A stretch of 64,000 nt of DNA from Bacteroidaceae bacterium (GTDB taxonomy: Bacteria; Bacteroidota; Bacteroidia; Bacteroidales; Bacteroidaceae): the NCBI GenBank assembly GCA_017554605.1, contig JAFZIA010000003.1, forward strand, positions 1,688 through 65,687. Direction: 5' to 3'. A model generated the notes under the pieces. That model made no database searches and had not been told where the DNA came from. It worked only from the letters and a program-made list of their open reading frames with translations. Positions 8,876-18,684 of the stretch are shown piece after piece (position 1 is the stretch's first letter; every line of letters begins with the position of its first letter). Made by a program: the position numbers and the translations under genes.

Positions 8876-11152
8876 ATGCTGAAGAGACTCTTTATGTTGC
8901 TGTCCGCAGTTCTTTCTTGTGCGGTTGTTGCGGCTCAGAATATTACGGGCAGGGTGGTGGATATTGACAATGCTCCCGTCGACGGTGCGAGTGTGGTACT
9001 GCAAACTGCCGACTCTGTTCTTGTGGATGTTGCGCTCACTGCTCCCGACGGTGGTTTCTCGTTTGCTACACAACTGTCGGCTTACAGGATTATTGTGCAG
9101 CACATCTCATACGAGACAAAAGTGGTAACAGATATTAGAAAAGATATTGGCGATATTGTGCTTTATGCAAAGGAAGGCAGGCTGCGGGAGCTTGTGGTGA
9201 CGGCCGAGCGTCCGCTGGTGAAGGTTGAGGGAACTGCCCTCGCGTACGATATTGAGGCTATGGCGCAAAGCACCACTGCTAACAATGCATACGAGGCACT
9301 CACTCGTCTGCCGGGAGTGCAGGAGAGTGCCGAGGGGGTGCTGTCGCTTGCAGGGGCGGGCTCGCTTACTGTGGTTATAGACGGAAGGCCTTCGACGATG
9401 AGTGCCGAACAGGTGGCTGTGCTTCTGCGTGGTATGCCCGTGGATAGGCTCGAGAAAGCCGAGGTCCTGTACAGTGCGCCACCGCATTTCCACGTGCGCG
9501 GGGCTGTGATTAATGTCTGTCTTAAAAAGAACAACGATTATCTTTTCCAGGGTGAGGCCGGGGCAAATTATAACAGCGGGTACGATGACAGTTACGCTGC
9601 CCACGCCAATGTGCGTGTAGCGTCGCCCCAATGGGCTTTTGACGCAATGTATTCGGCTGCAAAGCAGTGCACTGCGCAGGATATTTCGCTGCTCTCGTTA
9701 CATAAATTCGGTGGTGAGGTTTATGATATCCGCCAGCAGCAGAGGGCTGTGAACGATGTGCAGGCACATAATTATCGTGCTGCATTGGAGTATAATGTGA
9801 GCGAGAAGGACAATCTTTCTCTTTCCTATACGGGAAACGTCAGCCCCGATGCTTGCGGAAAATCCTTCTCCGACGGTAATTTCCAAAAATCCAATAATGT
9901 AAAGGATATTACCCTCAACCGTATGCATAATGTGTCGTTTGCAGCCTCTTTAGGCATCGGGCTCTCTTTTGGCGTAGATTATACCGACTACAAGATACGC
10001 GACAAACAGAATATGTATGTTGAGTACAAGGGTGCAGAAGAAAAGGAGATTGCTCTTGCTTCAGGGCAGCACGTAAGAAGCGTTTCGGCCTATGCCGACC
10101 GCACGCGCCGTTTGCAACAGGGGTGGAGCATTGGCTATGGTGCTGCATACAAATATACACATACAAAGGATTACCAGCGTTACAGCAACGGTGCTCCAGC
10201 CGATGCTCCTGCTGTAGATTCCAGGCTAGATGAGACAACAGCCTCGCTCTATCTGTCGGCAACAAAGCAGTATGCTGCGGGAGTCTCTTTCCAGCTATCG
10301 GCGACGGGTGAGTATTATACGATAGGCAACTATAAGAAGTGGACGCTCTATCCACAAGCGTCGCTCACGTGGTTCCGCAACCCCAATCATATATTGCAGG
10401 CGTCTCTCTCAACCGACAAGACCTATCCTGCATATTGGGCGCTGCAGTCGGCAATAAGTTATATCGATGGCTACAGCGAGATACACGGTGCACCCGAGCT
10501 TCGTCCTATGACACGCTATAATATGAATGTGAACTATATCCTTAAGCAAAAGTATGTGGCAGGGTTTTTCTACATTTACGACGATGCTTTCTTTGCGCAG
10601 ACACCTTATCAGTCGAGCGAACGGCTTGTGCTCATCTATAAAATGCTCAACTGGGACTATCTGGCAACAGCGGGAGTGAATGTGGTTGTTCCTGTAAAGG
10701 CCGGCGGTTGGCTCGACAGCCGTTTTACGCTTGTGGCAATGAATATCCATCAGTGTTGCGATGATTATTTCGGTGAAGCCTTCACACGCGATAACCTTAC
10801 TTTTTCGGGACGTGTGGACAATACGTTCAAACTGAGCGAGGGGCTGTCGTTGGAACTTAACGGGGTGGTGCAGACACCTGTGTCGCAGGGTACATTCGAT
10901 GTTGAGACAATGGCGAGCCTCACAGCCGGTGCAAAATGGACATTTGCCGACAAGAAGGCTGTGCTCACCCTGCGCTGGAACGATATTTTTGACTCCTACT
11001 CACCCAAACTCTCATTGGACTACAATGGTCAAAGAATGAAGATGGACAATGATTTCTATACGAGCAACGTGAGCGTGAATTTTGTGTATCGCTTCGGTGG
11101 ATACAAGGAGAAGGAGGTGAAGAAGGTCGATACCTCGCGCTTCGGACATTGA
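8876..11152 (+). CDS. Outer-membrane beta-barrel protein, TonB-dependent-receptor-like, with an N-terminal carboxypeptidase-regulatory-like domain
   Basis: Signal peptide, then NITGRVVDIDNAPVDGASVVL (CarboxypepD_reg-like) and a plug-like segment ALTRLPGVQ. The C-terminal two thirds are rich in alternating Y/aromatic residues and the protein ends ...RFGH. Confidence 0.75.
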   Translation: MLKRLFMLLSAVLSCAVVAAQNITGRVVDIDNAPVDGASVVLQTADSVLVDVALTAPDGGFSFATQLSAYRIIVQHISYETKVVTDIRKDIGDIVLYAKEGRLRELVVTAERPLVKVEGTALAYDIEAMAQSTTANNAYEALTRLPGVQESAEGVLSLAGAGSLTVVIDGRPSTMSAEQVAVLLRGMPVDRLEKAEVLYSAPPHFHVRGAVINVCLKKNNDYLFQGEAGANYNSGYDDSYAAHANVRVASPQWAFDAMYSAAKQCTAQDISLLSLHKFGGEVYDIRQQQRAVNDVQAHNYRAALEYNVSEKDNLSLSYTGNVSPDACGKSFSDGNFQKSNNVKDITLNRMHNVSFAASLGIGLSFGVDYTDYKIRDKQNMYVEYKGAEEKEIALASGQHVRSVSAYADRTRRLQQGWSIGYGAAYKYTHTKDYQRYSNGAPADAPAVDSRLDETTASLYLSATKQYAAGVSFQLSATGEYYTIGNYKKWTLYPQASLTWFRNPNHILQASLSTDKTYPAYWALQSAISYIDGYSEIHGAPELRPMTRYNMNVNYILKQKYVAGFFYIYDDAFFAQTPYQSSERLVLIYKMLNWDYLATAGVNVVVPVKAGGWLDSRFTLVAMNIHQCCDDYFGEAFTRDNLTFSGRVDNTFKLSEGLSLELNGVVQTPVSQGTFDVETMASLTAGAKWTFADKKAVLTLRWNDIFDSYSPKLSLDYNGQRMKMDNDFYTSNVSVNFVYRFGGYKEKEVKKVDTSRFGH

Positions 11153-11192
11153 TGCTGCTTGAAGTGGTTTGGTTTTTATTAATATTTGTTTT

Positions 11193-12818
11193 ATGAAAAT
11201 GTTCAGATTATTTGTTGTTGCCATTCTCTTTATGATTGCAATATTGCCGCTAAGAGGAGAGACTTTGCAGAGTGCCAACGGCTATAGTATAAAAAGTGAC
11301 AATGTGTTGCGCTTCTACCGCATTGCAATCCCGGTAACAAATTCCTCCTTTGAGAGGGATTTTGATTGTGACTACAGTTTGGTATTGCGTTTTTGGGACG
11401 AGTGTGAACTCTATCTTAACAGAACTTATCTTTCATTGGGTTTCTGTTTCGATGTTGTAAGAGGTCAGGCACTTGTAATGACGGAGAACAATCTTATAGA
11501 TGAGGATTATTGCAATGCAGTATCGTACGGAACAATGCTGCTCGACGAGGTTGTGGGAACAGAAAACTACGATATTGGAATGTGGGTTACCTATCGCCCC
11601 GAGTATAGCGAAAATACAGGACTTTCGATAGAAGGCGGTGCTTATGCAGCTACAACAAAGGCATCGGGCTATGCAGTGCCCGACACTTGGGTGATTGCGC
11701 ACGAGGTGGGACATCTTTTCGGTGCCAACCACACAATGGACGGGACTCTTATGGACGTGGGAGGAGATTTCTTCTCGCTCGAGTCGATAGAGCGCATACG
11801 GCGCTGCAATGTGGAGCGCAACGGCGCATATTATTCCGACGTCGAGCGTACCACTCTTGTAGGCAGCAATAATGGCGGCAATTATGTCTATGGTATAAAA
11901 GTGCAGAACACAGCTCCTGTGTTTGACGGTATTGCAATGAAGTCTCTCTATCGTGTACCGCAGGGCGCTTGCCTCTCGTTCTATTTGCACGTTGACGATG
12001 CCGAGAACGATAATCTGAACTACGCTGCGGTGGGCGACTGTTTTGCTGCTGTTGCTCCGTCGGAAAATAGTGTCATTGATTATGCTCCGTCGTACGTTGC
12101 CGATTTATATTATGACGACTATTACATTGTGTGGGGAACCGATATTCCTTCGATGAGCGTCGGCAGCTACGATATATCCTTTGTGGTAAATGATTGTCCC
12201 GCCGATTGTTCCTACCGTTACGGCGATATTCTCGATTCTCCGTTCTACAGCCTGTACGGTGTGTGGAGTGCTGCTGTGCAGATTGTTGCGGGCACAGCGT
12301 TCGAGGCCTCGCTTTATCCGCAAAAGAGTGCTTACGTTGCGGGCGAGGAGGTTACGGTTGAGTGGGGTGTGAACAGAGCCTGTTTCGGCGAAAGCACCCG
12401 CTTGCGTATTCTCTTGTCCGATGATTATGGAAAGAGCTACAAGCATATCCTCGCAACTGATGTGCCTGCATTGGACGGTATGTGCAAGGTTACTATGCCC
12501 AATGTGAACATAGGAGAGGTTGAGGTCGATTTTGATACGGCTCTACGTACTATGAGGGGTGGAATAATCCGAATCGAGGAGATTGGAGGTATTGCCTTTA
12601 CTCTTACCGAAAGTTCTCCGTACAATGGCGGCGGTTTTATGCTGGAGGCTTCTACCGGTGTGGACGGTGCTTCTTGTACCAAAGAGTGCGGGGAGTGTTA
12701 CGACACTGCGGGGCGCAGGCTGTATGCTCCCCAAAAAGGAATAAATATAGCAGGAGGGAAAAAGTTTCTTTACAACTCCACAAGCAGTCGCACATTCAAT
12801 TGTCGTCCTGTGAGATAG
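11193..12818 (+). CDS. Secreted reprolysin/M12B-like zinc metalloprotease with a degenerate T9SS-like tail
   Basis: Metzincin motif HEVGHLFGANHT (HExxHxxGxxH), signal peptide MKMFRLFVVAILFMIAILPL, and C-terminal ...CYDTAGRRLYAPQKGINIAGGKKFLY followed by a 15-aa extension. ATG 11193 is preferred over the alternative start at 11169. Confidence 0.7.
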   Translation: MKMFRLFVVAILFMIAILPLRGETLQSANGYSIKSDNVLRFYRIAIPVTNSSFERDFDCDYSLVLRFWDECELYLNRTYLSLGFCFDVVRGQALVMTENNLIDEDYCNAVSYGTMLLDEVVGTENYDIGMWVTYRPEYSENTGLSIEGGAYAATTKASGYAVPDTWVIAHEVGHLFGANHTMDGTLMDVGGDFFSLESIERIRRCNVERNGAYYSDVERTTLVGSNNGGNYVYGIKVQNTAPVFDGIAMKSLYRVPQGACLSFYLHVDDAENDNLNYAAVGDCFAAVAPSENSVIDYAPSYVADLYYDDYYIVWGTDIPSMSVGSYDISFVVNDCPADCSYRYGDILDSPFYSLYGVWSAAVQIVAGTAFEASLYPQKSAYVAGEEVTVEWGVNRACFGESTRLRILLSDDYGKSYKHILATDVPALDGMCKVTMPNVNIGEVEVDFDTALRTMRGGIIRIEEIGGIAFTLTESSPYNGGGFMLEASTGVDGASCTKECGECYDTAGRRLYAPQKGINIAGGKKFLYNSTSSRTFNCRPVR

Positions 12819-15163
12819 TTGGGAACGGCGAAATTGTTGTTGTAGATGTCGCTCACCCAGTAGTATGAGTTCACGTTGTTTATTCCCAACAGATTGAATG
12901 CGTCTATGCCCAGCCATATATTCTTTATATACTGGTAAATGCCCGTGCGGTAGATGTTCTCGCTGTTGTCGAGCATTCTGTAGGACATTCCAATGTCGAC
13001 ACGCTTGTATGCAGGAGCGCGAAAGGTGTGTTTCTCGCGTCCCGTGTGTGGTGGACCGAAGGGCAGTCCGTCGGCATATACTCCGCGCAGGCTCATCTTC
13101 CATTTGTCGGTACCGGGGAAAAAGTCGGTAAAGTAGAGCGAGGCGTTGAATGTCTGGTCGGTGGGACGGGGAAGCCAGCCGCTGCCTCTTATTTTCTCTT
13201 TTGTATCCATTATCGAAAAGGTGATCCAAGAGTCGGTACCCGGGACAAACTCTCCGAACAGTTTGAGGTCTATTCCTGTTGCATATCCGTGGGCGCAGTT
13301 CTCGCCGTAGTACACAATGCGCACGTTGTCTACATTGTAGGGGATAATGTTGTCGAGTTTCTTGTAGTATGCTTCGGCTGTGAATTTGAAAGGACGGTCG
13401 AGCATCTTGAAATTGTAGTCGTATCCCAGTACAAAATGTATCGAGCGCTGCGATTTTATATTCTTGTTGAGTACTACGGTGGTTGTTCCTGCGGTTGTCA
13501 CTGTGTCGCGCAGCTCCTTGAAGAACGGTACTTGGTAATATACGCCCGTTGCGAAGCGCAGCGTCATATTGTCGTTGAATTTAGGAATAAGACCTACCGA
13601 GGCGCGGGGCGACACCAAAAACTCGTTGTTCCAGTCCCAATGCGAGAAGCGCAGGCCTGCATTTACCGAAACGACGCCTATGCTGCTACTGAATTTGTAT
13701 GTATCCTGTATGAAGCCTTTTATGTGGTTGCTGTCGGTGCTTGTCCTCGACTTTAGGCTGTATATGGGCACAAGGGTGTTGCCCGTATGCGGGATATTGT
13801 ATCCGGCAGAGTCGCGCATCTCCCATTCGCGCTGGTTGTCGCTCACGTGCTCGCCTTTCCATTGTACTCCCCAGCGCAGGTCGTGCGCGCCCAGGAAGTG
13901 CACTCCGCTCAGTGAGAGTGTCTGCACGTCGGCCTCCAGATAGTTGCGTGCGTGTTCCATATATCGTCCCACGCTCATATTCTCGCCGGCGTTTATGTCG
14001 TCTATCCAATATTCGCCTATAATGTCGTAGGTCTCTTCCTCCCTTGTGCTGAATGCCGAGCCTTGCAGCGACAGGCGGTTGTACTCGTCTATGGTGTAGT
14101 TGAGCGAGAGTGAACCGAAGAGGGTGTTGAATGCATCTTTTTCCCAGCCGCCGAAATATACCTTGAACTCCTTGGCATTCTCCATTGTGCCGAATGTGGT
14201 GCTGCGGTCGCTCGGAGTGAAACGGTAATCGTTGCGCGATATGTTTCCTATGAGGCTGAGGCTGAGCTTGTGTGTGGGACGCCACTCGAAGAAGGTCTGG
14301 TAATCGAGAAATTTGGGCTTATACTCGCCCTTTGTGTCGAGCGTGCCCAGCAGATAGCTGTTGGTCTTGTAGCGTACCGAGTTCGAGAAGCTGAATTTGT
14401 TGTTTCCCGTGCCTATGTATATGCTTCCGCCGAGAAGACTTGCCGATACCGTGCCCTCGAATGCCTTTGGGCGGCGGTAGGTGATGTCGAGCACCGACGA
14501 CATCTTGTCGCCATATTTTGCCTCATAGCCTCCTGTAGAAAAGGCTATAGAACCAACCATATCGGGGTTGAGGAAGCTTAGTCCTTCTTGCTGCCCTGCG
14601 CGTATGAGTAAGGGGCGGTATATCTCTATTCCGTTGACATACACGCTGTTCTCGTCGAAGTTTCCTCCGCGTACGTTGTACTGCGAGCTGAGTTCGCTGT
14701 GCGAGCTTACACCCGCCTGTGTCGATATTATCGCCTCTACCCCGTTGCCGCTTGCATCGGGCGACAGGCGCAGTTGCTCGGGCGCCTTAATCTGCTGCGT
14801 GCCTCCCATCTGTCGCTGCTCGTCGGTAATCTCCACTCCTTGCAGCTTGTAGTCCATCGGCGGCAATGTGACGTTTACGACCACGGTGTCCTGCGGGTTG
14901 CGCAGCGTGCGCTTGCGTGTCTGGTAGCCCAGCATTGAGTAGGTGATGACAAGGCTGTCGCTGCTCTCGCAACTGAAAATGTAGTATCCTTTAAGGTCGG
15001 TCACAGTGCCCGCGGCCTGTCCCTCGGCCTTTACGTTCGCAATTTCTATGGGGTTGTGGCCTGTGTCTGTCACCCTGCCTTTTATTGTGACCTTCTGTGC
15101 GAAACAGCCAAAAGCAAGGAGCAGTGCCGATATTAATGTAATATATTTTTTTATATTGCTCAT
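12770..15163 (-). CDS. TonB-dependent receptor with a carboxypeptidase-regulatory-like N-domain
   Basis: Signal peptide, KVTIKGRVTDTGHNPIEIANV, plug motifs (...AIISTQAGV..., NVRGGNFDENSVYVNGIEIY) and a long beta-barrel. Confidence 0.85.
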   Translation of the reverse strand: MSNIKKYITLISALLLAFGCFAQKVTIKGRVTDTGHNPIEIANVKAEGQAAGTVTDLKGYYIFSCESSDSLVITYSMLGYQTRKRTLRNPQDTVVVNVTLPPMDYKLQGVEITDEQRQMGGTQQIKAPEQLRLSPDASGNGVEAIISTQAGVSSHSELSSQYNVRGGNFDENSVYVNGIEIYRPLLIRAGQQEGLSFLNPDMVGSIAFSTGGYEAKYGDKMSSVLDITYRRPKAFEGTVSASLLGGSIYIGTGNNKFSFSNSVRYKTNSYLLGTLDTKGEYKPKFLDYQTFFEWRPTHKLSLSLIGNISRNDYRFTPSDRSTTFGTMENAKEFKVYFGGWEKDAFNTLFGSLSLNYTIDEYNRLSLQGSAFSTREEETYDIIGEYWIDDINAGENMSVGRYMEHARNYLEADVQTLSLSGVHFLGAHDLRWGVQWKGEHVSDNQREWEMRDSAGYNIPHTGNTLVPIYSLKSRTSTDSNHIKGFIQDTYKFSSSIGVVSVNAGLRFSHWDWNNEFLVSPRASVGLIPKFNDNMTLRFATGVYYQVPFFKELRDTVTTAGTTTVVLNKNIKSQRSIHFVLGYDYNFKMLDRPFKFTAEAYYKKLDNIIPYNVDNVRIVYYGENCAHGYATGIDLKLFGEFVPGTDSWITFSIMDTKEKIRGSGWLPRPTDQTFNASLYFTDFFPGTDKWKMSLRGVYADGLPFGPPHTGREKHTFRAPAYKRVDIGMSYRMLDNSENIYRTGIYQYIKNIWLGIDAFNLLGINNVNSYYWVSDIYNNNFAVPNYLTGRQLNVRLLVEL

Positions 15164-15290
15164 TTATGTCTTCTTGAATATAATATGTCTATAACGTAAA
15201 AAAAACGGTAAACGTATGTTGTAGCGATTATTTTATGCGAAAAAGAAATATTGTTGTATCTTCGCAGCAGAAAACTGTTTACCGTTAATT

Positions 15291-16325
15291 ATGGTTGAGA
15301 AAAAAGAGGATATATATATATTGGCAATAGAGTCGTCGTGCGACGATACGTCGGCTGCGGTGATGCGTGGCGATACAGTGCTTTCTAACGTTACAGCAAG
15401 CCAGGCGGTGCACGAGCAGTATGGCGGTGTTGTACCCGAGCTTGCGTCGCGTGCGCACGAACTCAATATTGTTCCTGTTGTCGATGCTGCGCTCAAGAGG
15501 GCGGGTGTAAAGAAAGAGGAACTTAGTGCCATCGCTTTTACGCGCGGTCCTGGCTTAATGGGTTCTCTGCTTGTGGGTGTGTCGTTTGCCAAGGGACTTG
15601 CTGCGTCATTGGGGATACCTATGGTCGAGGTCAATCATCTTCAAGGGCATATATTGGCGCATTTTATTAAGGAAGAAGGGGTGGAGCACAAGTCGCCCGA
15701 GTATCCTTTCCTGTGCCTTATGGTGTCGGGCGGAAACTCGCAGATAGTGAAGGTGAACAGCTACGACAATATGGAAATTGTTGGGCAGACTATAGACGAC
15801 GCAGCAGGCGAGGCAATGGACAAATGTGCAAAGGTAATGGGGCTGGGCTATCCTGGCGGTCCTATCATCGACCGTTTGGCACGAGAGGGCAACCCAAAAT
15901 CTCATACTTTCAGCAAACCTCATATTCCCGGGCTCGACTACAGTTTCAGTGGATTGAAGACTTCGTTCCTTTATACGCTGCGCAAACTCGTTGCCGAGGA
16001 CCCCGATTATGTATCCAAAAATTTGAACGACCTTGCAGCTTCGTTCGAGGCCACTGTGGTGGAAATTCTTATGGATAAGCTCTACAAGGCTACTAAGATG
16101 CTGAACATTAAGCGTGTAGCACTCTCGGGAGGCGTGTCGGCAAATACAGCGTTAAGGCAGGCGTTCCACGATTATGCAAAGCGATATGGTTGGGAAATCT
16201 TCATTCCTAAATTTGGTTTTACTACAGATAATGCGGCAATGATTGGTATTGTGGGCTATTATAAATTCCTCGACAAAGATTTTTGTACAATGGATAAACC
16301 CGCATTCTCGCGTACCACAATATAA
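15291..16325 (+). CDS. tsaD: tRNA N6-adenosine threonylcarbamoyltransferase
   Basis: ILAIESSCDDTSAAV, NHLQGHIL and the overall Kae1/TsaD layout. Confidence 0.93.
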   Translation: MVEKKEDIYILAIESSCDDTSAAVMRGDTVLSNVTASQAVHEQYGGVVPELASRAHELNIVPVVDAALKRAGVKKEELSAIAFTRGPGLMGSLLVGVSFAKGLAASLGIPMVEVNHLQGHILAHFIKEEGVEHKSPEYPFLCLMVSGGNSQIVKVNSYDNMEIVGQTIDDAAGEAMDKCAKVMGLGYPGGPIIDRLAREGNPKSHTFSKPHIPGLDYSFSGLKTSFLYTLRKLVAEDPDYVSKNLNDLAASFEATVVEILMDKLYKATKMLNIKRVALSGGVSANTALRQAFHDYAKRYGWEIFIPKFGFTTDNAAMIGIVGYYKFLDKDFCTMDKPAFSRTTI

Positions 16326-16335
16326 TATATTAAAT

Positions 16336-16839
16336 ATGGACGCGGAACTTAAGGCACTTGCTCGGGAGGTTAACGCTCGTTTGCGTGAGCTTGGACTTAC
16401 CCTCTCTACAGCCGAGAGCTGTACGGGCGGTACTGTTGCAGCTGCGGTGACATCGGTACCAGGCAGTTCGGCTGTGTTCAAGGGCGCAGTTGTTGCCTAT
16501 TCCAACGACGTAAAGCACGCAGCGCTGGGTGTGCCTCTTGAGGTTATAGAGAAAAACGGTGCAGTGAGTAGCGCGGTGGTAGAGGCTATGGTTACGGGTG
16601 CTCGCCTATTGACAGGGAGCGATTGTGCTGTGGCAACGTCGGGGATAGCCGGTCCTGGCGGTGCAACTGCCGGCAAACCTGTCGGTACCGTGTGGGTGGC
16701 GGTAGATGTCTGCGGCTCTGTATCAACGCACCTTCTGCAACTGAAAGACGAAGGGAGAGAAATTAATATTTGCACATCTGCAAAAAAGGTATTATCTTTG
16801 CTGCTCAATAGGGTGAACAAGGTCTGCATTCGACAATAA
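16336..16839 (+). CDS. CinA-family protein (PncC-like nicotinamide-nucleotide amidohydrolase domain)
   Basis: LSTAESCTGGTVAAAVTSVPGSS and ATSGIAGPGGAT motifs. ATG 16336 is preferred over the upstream start that overlaps tsaD. Confidence 0.85.
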   Translation: MDAELKALAREVNARLRELGLTLSTAESCTGGTVAAAVTSVPGSSAVFKGAVVAYSNDVKHAALGVPLEVIEKNGAVSSAVVEAMVTGARLLTGSDCAVATSGIAGPGGATAGKPVGTVWVAVDVCGSVSTHLLQLKDEGREINICTSAKKVLSLLLNRVNKVCIRQ

Positions 16840-16984
16840 TGTTGCTTTATAAACCTGTTGGGTACAACTTCTTTCTTAGAATAGTGAGCGGTTGTACAGT
16901 GTGTTGTAGTGGCATAAAAGGCATATATTTGCGGTGAAAATCAAAATAAATGCTTTTTTGTTTGCATAGTATGTGCAAAATTTA

Positions 16985-16992
16985 TATCTTTG
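16985..16992 (+). promoter_or_regulatory. Candidate -7 box (TATCTTTG) with a -33 TTTG at 16961-16964, for rpmB-rpmG-DUF4295
   Basis: Exact TAnnTTTG with a TTTG 20 nt upstream, 52 nt before ATG 17045. Confidence 0.45.
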
Positions 16993-17044
16993 CACGCTGT
17001 TTTAAGTAAGCATACAAGATTAAAATCAAAAAAAATATATAGAG

Positions 17045-17305
17045 ATGTCTAAAATTTGTCAAATCACCGGTAAGAAAGCCATGGTGGGTAACAATGTTTC
17101 ACACTCAAAGAGAAGAACAAAGCGTCTTTTTAATGTGAATTTGTTTACCAAGAAGTTCTTCTATGTTGAAGAAGATTGTTGGATTCAGTTGCGCGTGAGT
17201 GCAGCGGGGTTAAAAATTATCAACCGAGTAGGTCTCGATGCAGCGCTCAAGGCAGCTGTAGACAAGGGATACGTTGCTTGGGAGGAAATTAAAGTACTCT
17301 ATTAA
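17045..17305 (+). CDS. rpmB: 50S ribosomal protein L28
   Basis: [27 protein letters not shown]... Confidence 0.95.
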   Translation: MSKICQITGKKAMVGNNVSHSKRRTKRLFNVNLFTKKFFYVEEDCWIQLRVSAAGLKIINRVGLDAALKAAVDKGYVAWEEIKVLY

Positions 17306-17326
17306 AATTAAGGAGGTAAAGTAATT

Positions 17327-17515
17327 ATGGCTAAGAAGGTTAAAGGAAACCGCGTTCAGGTAATCCTCGAATGCACAGAGCAAAAAGGCAGTGGCGTTCC
17401 CGGTATGTCTCGTTACATTACAACGAAGAATCGTAAGAACACTACAGAGCGTTTGGAGTTGAAGAAATACAACCCCTATTTGAAGAAAGTTACTGTTCAC
17501 AAAGAAATAAAGTAA
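17327..17515 (+). CDS. rpmG: 50S ribosomal protein L33
   Basis: [18 protein letters not shown]...[23 protein letters not shown]. Confidence 0.95.
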   Translation: MAKKVKGNRVQVILECTEQKGSGVPGMSRYITTKNRKNTTERLELKKYNPYLKKVTVHKEIK

Positions 17516-17521
17516 TAAGAA

Positions 17522-17674
17522 ATGGCTAAGAAAGCAGTCGCAACTCTCCAGACAGGCGAAAGAGAGAAGTTCGTAAAAGTAATCAAGATGGTAAAGTCGC
17601 CCAAGACAGGTGCATATATGTTTGCAGAGGAGATTCTTCCCCAGTCTAAGGCTGACGAGAAATTGAAGAAGTAA
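17522..17674 (+). CDS. DUF4295-like small protein (50 aa), absent from the ORF track
   Basis: My translation is MAKKAVATLQTGEREKFVKVIKMVKSPKTGAYMFAEEILPQSKADEKLKK. The position directly after rpmG is typical for Bacteroidetes. Confidence 0.7.
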   Translation: MAKKAVATLQTGEREKFVKVIKMVKSPKTGAYMFAEEILPQSKADEKLKK

Positions 17675-17702
17675 GAAATCGAACCGAAAGGTTATATTGT
17701 AT

Positions 17703-17741
17703 AGAAGCATCGAAAGTACGCTATTCGATGCTTCTTTGTTT
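17703..17741 (+). terminator. Rho-independent terminator of the rpmB operon
   Basis: 12-bp stem agaagcatcgaa / ttcgatgcttct, 9-nt loop, then TTGTTT. Confidence 0.7.
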
Positions 17742-17786
17742 ACATATTCCCCTCTTCTGCTCAGAGTGATAAAAGAATTAAAAACT

Positions 17787-18632
17787 ATGATAACCCGTTG
17801 CTATCTCGAAATAACAAATATCTGTAATCTCGACTGCGTGTTCTGTCCAAAGACAGAGCGAAGGAAGCAGTCGCTAACGTTGCAGCAATTCGAAGCGCTC
17901 ACCGACAGCTTGCAAGGGAAAATACGTTTCCTCTATTTTCATCTTATGGGCGAGCCGTTGCTTCACCCTCTGTTGCCGCAGTTTGTAACCATTGTGCGCG
18001 AAAAAGGTTTTGTGCCTGTACTCACTACAAACGGAACATTGCTGCCGCGTGCGTGGGCTCTTATAGATGCTCGCCCACATAAGGTACAAATATCGTTGCA
18101 GGCATTCGAGGGTAATAGAAAAGAGAATCTCGAGGAGTATATGGCGGGTGTGATGCGCTTTACCGTTGAGGCTGCCTCGCAGGGTATCGTGGTGGTGCTC
18201 AGGCTGTGGAATATTGGTGGGTGCGACAGTGCCAACGATGATATACGCAATTTTATCTCCCAGTATCTGCCTGCTGGGCAGTGGGAGGAGCGTCATTATG
18301 GCTGGAGGCTTGCCGAGAATGTCTATCTTGAGTACGACGGGGTGTTCGAGTGGCCAGACGCTGAACGCGAGGAGTTCCCCGACGAGGAGTGTTTCTGCTA
18401 TGCGCTCCGCAATCAGATTGGTGTGCTTGTCGACGGTACGGTTGTTCCCTGTTGCCTCGACCACGCGGGTGATATTCCTTTGGGTAATCTCTATGAGGAG
18501 TCGCTCGACGATATTCTTTCCAGTGAGCGTGCCCGCAATATATATGATGGCTTTACACGTCACAAGGCTGTGGAGCCGCTGTGCCGCAGGTGCGGATATG
18601 CCGCGGTAGCAAAAAGGTTCAGAAAGAAATAG
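17787..18632 (+). CDS. Radical SAM protein with a SPASM/twitch-type C-terminal Cys cluster
   Basis: CNLDCVFCP (CxxxCxxC) near the N-terminus; C-terminal CFCYA...VPCCLDH...CRRCG. ATG 17787 lies after the terminator, so the alternative start at 17697 is rejected. Confidence 0.8.
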   Translation: MITRCYLEITNICNLDCVFCPKTERRKQSLTLQQFEALTDSLQGKIRFLYFHLMGEPLLHPLLPQFVTIVREKGFVPVLTTNGTLLPRAWALIDARPHKVQISLQAFEGNRKENLEEYMAGVMRFTVEAASQGIVVVLRLWNIGGCDSANDDIRNFISQYLPAGQWEERHYGWRLAENVYLEYDGVFEWPDAEREEFPDEECFCYALRNQIGVLVDGTVVPCCLDHAGDIPLGNLYEESLDDILSSERARNIYDGFTRHKAVEPLCRRCGYAAVAKRFRKK

Positions 18633-18684
18633 TTCGGAGATTTACTTCCGAACAGTTTCTTTATTGTTGTATATTGACGATTCT

